This document shows positions 55,301-64,000 of a stretch of DNA of 64,000 nucleotides, in pieces. The translations under genes were made by a program, and so were the position numbers. The notes under the pieces are model-generated. The model was not told where the DNA came from. It saw only the letters and a program-made list of their open reading frames with translations, and searched no databases. Origin of the DNA: Naegleria gruberi (Eukaryota); the NCBI GenBank assembly GCA_000004985.1, contig GG738932.1; one strand, 5' to 3'. How positions within the stretch are numbered: the stretch's first letter is position 1; the number at the start of each line of letters is the position of its first letter.

Positions 55301-58300
55301 NNNNNNNNNNNNNNNNNNNNNNNNNNNNNNNNNNNNNNNNNNNNNNNNNNNNNNNNNNNNNNNNNNNNNNNNNNNNNNNNNNNNNNNNNNNNNNNNNNNN
55401 NNNNNNNNNNNNNNNNNNNNNNNNNNNNNNNNNNNNNNNNNNNNNNNNNNNNNNNNNNNNNNNNNNNNNNNNNNNNNNNNNNNNNNNNNNNNNNNNNNNN
55501 NNNNNNNNNNNNNNNNNNNNNNNNNNNNNNNNNNNNNNNNNNNNNNNNNNNNNNNNNNNNNNNNNNNNNNNNNNNNNNNNNNNNNNNNNNNNNNNNNNNN
55601 NNNNNNNNNNNNNNNNNNNNNNNNNNNNNNNNNNNNNNNNNNNNNNNNNNNNNNNNNNNNNNNNNNNNNNNNNNNNNNNNNNNNNNNNNNNNNNNNNNNN
55701 NNNNNNNNNNNNNNNNNNNNNNNNNNNNNNNNNNNNNNNNNNNNNNNNNNNNNNNNNNNNNNNNNNNNNNNNNNNNNNNNNNNNNNNNNNNNNNNNNNNN
55801 NNNNNNNNNNNNNNNNNNNNNNNNNNNNNNNNNNNNNNNNNNNNNNNNNNNNNNNNNNNNNNNNNNNNNNNNNNNNNNNNNNNNNNNNNNNNNNNNNNNN
55901 NNNNNNNNNNNNNNNNNNNNNNNNNNNNNNNNNNNNNNNNNNNNNNNNNNNNNNNNNNNNNNNNNNNNNNNNNNNNNNNNNNNNNNNNNNNNNNNNNNNN
56001 NNNNNNNNNNNNNNNNNNNNNNNNNNNNNNNNNNNNNNNNNNNNNNNNNNNNNNNNNNNNNNNNNNNNNNNNNNNNNNNNNNNNNNNNNNNNNNNNNNNN
56101 NNNNNNNNNNNNNNNNNNNNNNNNNNNNNNNNNNNNNNNNNNNNNNNNNNNNNNNNNNNNNNNNNNNNNNNNNNNNNNNNNNNNNNNNNNNNNNNNNNNN
56201 NNNNNNNNNNNNNNNNNNNNNNNNNNNNNNNNNNNNNNNNNNNNNNNNNNNNNNNNNNNNNNNNNNNNNNNNNNNNNNNNNNNNNNNNNNNNNNNNNNNN
56301 NNNNNNNNNNNNNNNNNNNNNNNNNNNNNNNNNNNNNNNNNNNNNNNNNNNNNNNNNNNNNNNNNNNNNNNNNNNNNNNNNNNNNNNNNNNNNNNNNNNN
56401 NNNNNNNNNNNNNNNNNNNNNNNNNNNNNNNNNNNNNNNNNNNNNNNNNNNNNNNNNNNNNNNNNNNNNNNNNNNNNNNNNNNNNNNNNNNNNNNNNNNN
56501 NNNNNNNNNNNNNNNNNNNNNNNNNNNNNNNNNNNNNNNNNNNNNNNNNNNNNNNNNNNNNNNNNNNNNNNNNNNNNNNNNNNNNNNNNNNNNNNNNNNN
56601 NNNNNNNNNNNNNNNNNNNNNNNNNNNNNNNNNNNNNNNNNNNNNNNNNNNNNNNNNNNNNNNNNNNNNNNNNNNNNNNNNNNNNNNNNNNNNNNNNNNN
56701 NNNNNNNNNNNNNNNNNNNNNNNNNNNNNNNNNNNNNNNNNNNNNNNNNNNNNNNNNNNNNNNNNNNNNNNNNNNNNNNNNNNNNNNNNNNNNNNNNNNN
56801 NNNNNNNNNNNNNNNNNNNNNNNNNNNNNNNNNNNNNNNNNNNNNNNNNNNNNNNNNNNNNNNNNNNNNNNNNNNNNNNNNNNNNNNNNNNNNNNNNNNN
56901 NNNNNNNNNNNNNNNNNNNNNNNNNNNNNNNNNNNNNNNNNNNNNNNNNNNNNNNNNNNNNNNNNNNNNNNNNNNNNNNNNNNNNNNNNNNNNNNNNNNN
57001 NNNNNNNNNNNNNNNNNNNNNNNNNNNNNNNNNNNNNNNNNNNNNNNNNNNNNNNNNNNNNNNNNNNNNNNNNNNNNNNNNNNNNNNNNNNNNNNNNNNN
57101 NNNNNNNNNNNNNNNNNNNNNNNNNNNNNNNNNNNNNNNNNNNNNNNNNNNNNNNNNNNNNNNNNNNNNNNNNNNNNNNNNNNNNNNNNNNNNNNNNNNN
57201 NNNNNNNNNNNNNNNNNNNNNNNNNNNNNNNNNNNNNNNNNNNNNNNNNNNNNNNNNNNNNNNNNNNNNNNNNNNNNNNNNNNNNNNNNNNNNNNNNNNN
57301 NNNNNNNNNNNNNNNNNNNNNNNNNNNNNNNNNNNNNNNNNNNNNNNNNNNNNNNNNNNNNNNNNNNNNNNNNNNNNNNNNNNNNNNNNNNNNNNNNNNN
57401 NNNNNNNNNNNNNNNNNNNNNNNNNNNNNNNNNNNNNNNNNNNNNNNNNNNNNNNNNNNNNNNNNNNNNNNNNNNNNNNNNNNNNNNNNNNNNNNNNNNN
57501 NNNNNNNNNNNNNNNNNNNNNNNNNNNNNNNNNNNNNNNNNNNNNNNNNNNNNNNNNNNNNNNNNNNNNNNNNNNNNNNNNNNNNNNNNNNNNNNNNNNN
57601 NNNNNNNNNNNNNNNNNNNNNNNNNNNNNNNNNNNNNNNNNNNNNNNNNNNNNNNNNNNNNNNNNNNNNNNNNNNNNNNNNNNNNNNNNNNNNNNNNNNN
57701 NNNNNNNNNNNNNNNNNNNNNNNNNNNNNNNNNNNNNNNNNNNNNNNNNNNNNNNNNNNNNNNNNNNNNNNNNNNNNNNNNNNNNNNNNNNNNNNNNNNN
57801 NNNNNNNNNNNNNNNNNNNNNNNNNNNNNNNNNNNNNNNNNNNNNNNNNNNNNNNNNNNNNNNNNNNNNNNNNNNNNNNNNNNNNNNNNNNNNNNNNNNN
57901 NNNNNNNNNNNNNNNNNNNNNNNNNNNNNNNNNNNNNNNNNNNNNNNNNNNNNNNNNNNNNNNNNNNNNNNNNNNNNNNNNNNNNNNNNNNNNNNNNNNN
58001 NNNNNNNNNNNNNNNNNNNNNNNNNNNNNNNNNNNNNNNNNNNNNNNNNNNNNNNNNNNNNNNNNNNNNNNNNNNNNNNNNNNNNNNNNNNNNNNNNNNN
58101 NNNNNNNNNNNNNNNNNNNNNNNNNNNNNNNNNNNNNNNNNNNNNNNNNNNNNNNNNNNNNNNNNNNNNNNNNNNNNNNNNNNNNNNNNNNNNNNNNNNN
58201 NNNNNNNNNNNNNNNNNNNNNNNNNNNNNNNNNNNNNNNNNNNNNNNNNNNNNNNNNNNNNNNNNNNNNNNNNNNNNNNNNNNNNNNNNNNNNNNNNNNN

Positions 58301-61300
58301 NNNNNNNNNNNNNNNNNNNNNNNNNNNNNNNNNNNNNNNNNNNNNNNNNNNNNNNNNNNNNNNNNNNNNNNNNNNNNNNNNNNNNNNNNNNNNNNNNNNN
58401 NNNNNNNNNNNNNNNNNNNNNNNNNNNNNNNNNNNNNNNNNNNNNNNNNNNNNNNNNNNNNNNNNNNNNNNNNNNNNNNNNNNNNNNNNNNNNNNNNNNN
58501 NNNNNNNNNNNNNNNNNNNNNNNNNNNNNNNNNNNNNNNNNNNNNNNNNNNNNNNNNNNNNNNNNNNNNNNNNNNNNNNNNNNNNNNNNNNNNNNNNNNN
58601 NNNNNNNNNNNNNNNNNNNNNNNNNNNNNNNNNNNNNNNNNNNNNNNNNNNNNNNNNNNNNNNNNNNNNNNNNNNNNNNNNNNNNNNNNNNNNNNNNNNN
58701 NNNNNNNNNNNNNNNNNNNNNNNNNNNNNNNNNNNNNNNNNNNNNNNNNNNNNNNNNNNNNNNNNNNNNNNNNNNNNNNNNNNNNNNNNNNNNNNNNNNN
58801 NNNNNNNNNNNNNNNNNNNNNNNNNNNNNNNNNNNNNNNNNNNNNNNNNNNNNNNNNNNNNNNNNNNNNNNNNNNNNNNNNNNNNNNNNNNNNNNNNNNN
58901 NNNNNNNNNNNNNNNNNNNNNNNNNNNNNNNNNNNNNNNNNNNNNNNNNNNNNNNNNNNNNNNNNNNNNNNNNNNNNNNNNNNNNNNNNNNNNNNNNNNN
59001 NNNNNNNNNNNNNNNNNNNNNNNNNNNNNNNNNNNNNNNNNNNNNNNNNNNNNNNNNNNNNNNNNNNNNNNNNNNNNNNNNNNNNNNNNNNNNNNNNNNN
59101 NNNNNNNNNNNNNNNNNNNNNNNNNNNNNNNNNNNNNNNNNNNNNNNNNNNNNNNNNNNNNNNNNNNNNNNNNNNNNNNNNNNNNNNNNNNNNNNNNNNN
59201 NNNNNNNNNNNNNNNNNNNNNNNNNNNNNNNNNNNNNNNNNNNNNNNNNNNNNNNNNNNNNNNNNNNNNNNNNNNNNNNNNNNNNNNNNNNNNNNNNNNN
59301 NNNNNNNNNNNNNNNNNNNNNNNNNNNNNNNNNNNNNNNNNNNNNNNNNNNNNNNNNNNNNNNNNNNNNNNNNNNNNNNNNNNNNNNNNNNNNNNNNNNN
59401 NNNNNNNNNNNNNNNNNNNNNNNNNNNNNNNNNNNNNNNNNNNNNNNNNNNNNNNNNNNNNNNNNNNNNNNNNNNNNNNNNNNNNNNNNNNNNNNNNNNN
59501 NNNNNNNNNNNNNNNNNNNNNNNNNNNNNNNNNNNNNNNNNNNNNNNNNNNNNNNNNNNNNNNNNNNNNNNNNNNNNNNNNNNNNNNNNNNNNNNNNNNN
59601 NNNNNNNNNNNNNNNNNNNNNNNNNNNNNNNNNNNNNNNNNNNNNNNNNNNNNNNNNNNNNNNNNNNNNNNNNNNNNNNNNNNNNNNNNNNNNNNNNNNN
59701 NNNNNNNNNNNNNNNNNNNNNNNNNNNNNNNNNNNNNNNNNNNNNNNNNNNNNNNNNNNNNNNNNNNNNNNNNNNNNNNNNNNNNNNNNNNNNNNNNNNN
59801 NNNNNNNNNNNNNNNNNNNNNNNNNNNNNNNNNNNNNNNNNNNNNNNNNNNNNNNNNNNNNNNNNNNNNNNNNNNNNNNNNNNNNNNNNNNNNNNNNNNN
59901 NNNNNNNNNNNNNNNNNNNNNNNNNNNNNNNNNNNNNNNNNNNNNNNNNNNNNNNNNNNNNNNNNNNNNNNNNNNNNNNNNNNNNNNNNNNNNNNNNNNN
60001 NNNNNNNNNNNNNNNNNNNNNNNNNNNNNNNNNNNNNNNNNNNNNNNNNNNNNNNNNNNNNNNNNNNNNNNNNNNNNNNNNNNNNNNNNNNNNNNNNNNN
60101 NNNNNNNNNNNNNNNNNNNNNNNNNNNNNNNNNNNNNNNNNNNNNNNNNNNNNNNNNNNNNNNNNNNNNNNNNNNNNNNNNNNNNNNNNNNNNNNNNNNN
60201 NNNNNNNNNNNNNNNNNNNNNNNNNNNNNNNNNNNNNNNNNNNNNNNNNNNNNNNNNNNNNNNNNNNNNNNNNNNNNNNNNNNNNNNNNNNNNNNNNNNN
60301 NNNNNNNNNNNNNNNNNNNNNNNNNNNNNNNNNNNNNNNNNNNNNNNNNNNNNNNNNNNNNNNNNNNNNNNNNNNNNNNNNNNNNNNNNNNNNNNNNNNN
60401 NNNNNNNNNNNNNNNNNNNNNNNNNNNNNNNNNNNNNNNNNNNNNNNNNNNNNNNNNNNNNNNNNNNNNNNNNNNNNNNNNNNNNNNNNNNNNNNNNNNN
60501 NNNNNNNNNNNNNNNNNNNNNNNNNNNNNNNNNNNNNNNNNNNNNNNNNNNNNNNNNNNNNNNNNNNNNNNNNNNNNNNNNNNNNNNNNNNNNNNNNNNN
60601 NNNNNNNNNNNNNNNNNNNNNNNNNNNNNNNNNNNNNNNNNNNNNNNNNNNNNNNNNNNNNNNNNNNNNNNNNNNNNNNNNNNNNNNNNNNNNNNNNNNN
60701 NNNNNNNNNNNNNNNNNNNNNNNNNNNNNNNNNNNNNNNNNNNNNNNNNNNNNNNNNNNNNNNNNNNNNNNNNNNNNNNNNNNNNNNNNNNNNNNNNNNN
60801 NNNNNNNNNNNNNNNNNNNNNNNNNNNNNNNNNNNNNNNNNNNNNNNNNNNNNNNNNNNNNNNNNNNNNNNNNNNNNNNNNNNNNNNNNNNNNNNNNNNN
60901 NNNNNNNNNNNNNNNNNNNNNNNNNNNNNNNNNNNNNNNNNNNNNNNNNNNNNNNNNNNNNNNNNNNNNNNNNNNNNNNNNNNNNNNNNNNNNNNNNNNN
61001 NNNNNNNNNNNNNNNNNNNNNNNNNNNNNNNNNNNNNNNNNNNNNNNNNNNNNNNNNNNNNNNNNNNNNNNNNNNNNNNNNNNNNNNNNNNNNNNNNNNN
61101 NNNNNNNNNNNNNNNNNNNNNNNNNNNNNNNNNNNNNNNNNNNNNNNNNNNNNNNNNNNNNNNNNNNNNNNNNNNNNNNNNNNNNNNNNNNNNNNNNNNN
61201 NNNNNNNNNNNNNNNNNNNNNNNNNNNNNNNNNNNNNNNNNNNNNNNNNNNNNNNNNNNNNNNNNNNNNNNNNNNNNNNNNNNNNNNNNNNNNNNNNNNN

Positions 61301-64000
61301 NNNNNNNNNNNNNNNNNNNNNNNNNNNNNNNNNNNNNNNNNNNNNNNNNNNNNNNNNNNNNNNNNNNNNNNNNNNNNNNNNNNNNNNNNNNNNNNNNNNN
61401 NNNNNNNNNNNNNNNNNNNNNNNNNNNNNNNNNNNNNNNNNNNNNNNNNNNNNNNNNNNNNNNNNNNNNNNNNNNNNNNNNNNNNNNNNNNNNNNNNNNN
61501 NNNNNNNNNNNNNNNNNNNNNNNNNNNNNNNNNNNNNNNNNNNNNNNNNNNNNNNNNNNNNNNNNNNNNNNNNNNNNNNNNNNNNNNNNNNNNNNNNNNN
61601 NNNNNNNNNNNNNNNNNNNNNNNNNNNNNNNNNNNNNNNNNNNNNNNNNNNNNNNNNNNNNNNNNNNNNNNNNNNNNNNNNNNNNNNNNNNNNNNNNNNN
61701 NNNNNNNNNNNNNNNNNNNNNNNNNNNNNNNNNNNNNNNNNNNNNNNNNNNNNNNNNNNNNNNNNNNNNNNNNNNNNNNNNNNNNNNNNNNNNNNNNNNN
61801 NNNNNNNNNNNNNNNNNNNNNNNNNNNNNNNNNNNNNNNNNNNNNNNNNNNNNNNNNNNNNNNNNNNNNNNNNNNNNNNNNNNNNNNNNNNNNNNNNNNN
61901 NNNNNNNNNNNNNNNNNNNNNNNNNNNNNNNNNNNNNNNNNNNNNNNNNNNNNNNNNNNNNNNNNNNNNNNNNNNNNNNNNNNNNNNNNNNNNNNNNNNN
62001 NNNNNNNNNNNNNNNNNNNNNNNNNNNNNNNNNNNNNNNNNNNNNNNNNNNNNNNNNNNNNNNNNNNNNNNNNNNNNNNNNNNNNNNNNNNNNNNNNNNN
62101 NNNNNNNNNNNNNNNNNNNNNNNNNNNNNNNNNNNNNNNNNNNNNNNNNNNNNNNNNNNNNNNNNNNNNNNNNNNNNNNNNNNNNNNNNNNNNNNNNNNN
62201 NNNNNNNNNNNNNNNNNNNNNNNNNNNNNNNNNNNNNNNNNNNNNNNNNNNNNNNNNNNNNNNNNNNNNNNNNNNNNNNNNNNNNNNNNNNNNNNNNNNN
62301 NNNNNNNNNNNNNNNNNNNNNNNNNNNNNNNNNNNNNNNNNNNNNNNNNNNNNNNNNNNNNNNNNNNNNNNNNNNNNNNNNNNNNNNNNNNNNNNNNNNN
62401 NNNNNNNNNNNNNNNNNNNNNNNNNNNNNNNNNNNNNNNNNNNNNNNNNNNNNNNNNNNNNNNNNNNNNNNNNNNNNNNNNNNNNNNNNNNNNNNNNNNN
62501 NNNNNNNNNNNNNNNNNNNNNNNNNNNNNNNNNNNNNNNNNNNNNNNNNNNNNNNNNNNNNNNNNNNNNNNNNNNNNNNNNNNNNNNNNNNNNNNNNNNN
62601 NNNNNNNNNNNNNNNNNNNNNNNNNNNNNNNNNNNNNNNNNNNNNNNNNNNNNNNNNNNNNNNNNNNNNNNNNNNNNNNNNNNNNNNNNNNNNNNNNNNN
62701 NNNNNNNNNNNNNNNNNNNNNNNNNNNNNNNNNNNNNNNNNNNNNNNNNNNNNNNNNNNNNNNNNNNNNNNNNNNNNNNNNNNNNNNNNNNNNNNNNNNN
62801 NNNNNNNNNNNNNNNNNNNNNNNNNNNNNNNNNNNNNNNNNNNNNNNNNNNNNNNNNNNNNNNNNNNNNNNNNNNNNNNNNNNNNNNNNNNNNNNNNNNN
62901 NNNNNNNNNNNNNNNNNNNNNNNNNNNNNNNNNNNNNNNNNNNNNNNNNNNNNNNNNNNNNNNNNNNNNNNNNNNNNNNNNNNNNNNNNNNNNNNNNNNN
63001 NNNNNNNNNNNNNNNNNNNNNNNNNNNNNNNNNNNNNNNNNNNNNNNNNNNNNNNNNNNNNNNNNNNNNNNNNNNNNNNNNNNNNNNNNNNNNNNNNNNN
63101 NNNNNNNNNNNNNNNNNNNNNNNNNNNNNNNNNNNNNNNNNNNNNNNNNNNNNNNNNNNNNNNNNNNNNNNNNNNNNNNNNNNNNNNNNNNNNNNNNNNN
63201 NNNNNNNNNNNNNNNNNNNNNNNNNNNNNNNNNNNNNNNNNNNNNNNNNNNNNNNNNNNNNNNNNNNNNNNNNNNNNNNNNNNNNNNNNNNNNNNNNNNN
63301 NNNNNNNNNNNNNNNNNNNNNNNNNNNNNNNNNNNNNNNNNNNNNNNNNNNNNNNNNNNNNNNNNNNNNNNNNNNNNNNNNNNNNNNNNNNNNNNNNNNN
63401 NNNNNNNNNNNNNNNNNNNNNNNNNNNNNNNNNNNNNNNNNNNNNNNNNNNNNNNNNNNNNNNNNNNNNNNNNNNNNNNNNNNNNNNNNNNNNNNNNNNN
63501 NNNNNNNNNNNNNNNNNNNNNNNNNNNNNNNNNNNNNNNNNNNNNNNNNNNNNNNNNNNNNNNNNNNNNNNNNNNNNNNNNNNNNNNNNNNNNNNNNNNN
63601 NNNNNNNNNNNNNNNNNNNNNNNNNNNNNNNNNNNNNNNNNNNNNNNNNNNNNNNNNNNNNNNNNNNNNNNNNNNNNNNNNNNNNNNNNNNNNNNNNNNN
63701 NNNNNNNNNNNNNNNNNNNNNNNNNNNNNNNNNNNNNNNNNNNNNNNNNNNNNNNNNNNNNNNNNNNNNNNNNNNNNNNNNNNNNNNNNNNNNNNNNNNN
63801 NNNNNNNNNNNNNNNNNNNNNNNNNNNNNNNNNNNNNNNNNNNNNNNNNNNNNNNNNNNNNNNNNNNNNNNNNNNNNNNNNNNNNNNNNNNNNNNNNNNN
63901 NNNNNNNNNNNNNNNNNNNNNNNNNNNNNNNNNNNNNNNNNNNNNNNNNNNNNNNNNNNNNNNNNNNNNNNNNNNNNNNNNNNNNNNNNNNNNNNNNNNN
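46343..64000. other. Assembly gap (17,658 N); a second 50-N gap lies at 45128..45177
   Basis: Runs of n in the sequence, with no information content. Confidence 0.99.

Noticed and set aside
1-64000. Prokaryotic-style defence or mobile system (CRISPR array, restriction-modification, toxin-antitoxin, integron, prophage)
   Set aside because: The window is eukaryotic: spliceosomal introns, Pol III tRNA genes with T-run terminators, ESCRT/HOPS/DYRK genes. There are no direct-repeat/spacer arrays and no operon-like co-oriented gene blocks, so such calls would be unsupported.
46343-64000. Possible hidden features in the last 17.6 kb
   Set aside because: The region is entirely N. Nothing can be inferred beyond noting that the TGATGA-rich repeat array immediately precedes it, which probably caused the assembly break.

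Overview
This is eukaryotic nuclear DNA, not prokaryotic. It is AT-rich (roughly 35% GC by eye). Genes are compact and sit on both strands, and a few carry short spliceosomal introns with GTAAGT donors and a TACTAAC-like branch site. Three Pol III-type tRNA genes carry downstream T-run terminators. Several proteins have poly-Q/N/H/S low-complexity tracts. Codon usage and gene content suggest an amoebozoan or dictyostelid-like protist, but that is inference and I cannot confirm it.

About 22 protein-coding genes are recognisable in 1..46.3 kb:
- a MAPEG/MGST3-like glutathione transferase
- a DUF4116-repeat protein with a decayed partial copy upstream
- a purple acid phosphatase
- a Vps33 (Sec1/Munc18) gene with two introns
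- a 1.8-kb-protein receptor-type class III nucleotidyl cyclase with PBP1/ANF-receptor-like ectodomains
- a ~1,340-aa G8 plus beta-helix protein (CEMIP/TMEM2/fibrocystin-like) with a GPI-anchor-like tail
- a secreted or anchored papain-fold (C39-like) peptidase with a proline-rich stalk
- an F-box protein and an NHL-repeat protein
- an AT-hook protein
- a stand-alone mRNA-capping guanylyltransferase
- Vps24/CHMP3
- a DYRK kinase
- RNI-type LRR proteins
- three paralogous low-complexity proteins of a probably lineage-specific family

Non-coding features are tRNA-Ile(AAT), tRNA-Pro(TGG), an intron-containing tRNA-Tyr(GTA), a duplicated ~130-bp element, two perfect hairpin inverted repeats, a TGATGA-rich short-repeat family, and four palindromic TTGGCGCCA (E2F-like) intergenic sites.

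Positions 46,343..64,000, plus a 50-N gap at 45,128..45,177, are unsequenced Ns and carry no information. I found no CRISPR, no prokaryotic operons and no defence island. The candidate novel items are eukaryotic: an unusual receptor cyclase, a bacterial-type peptidase domain, a lineage-specific gene family, candidate cis-elements and repeats.
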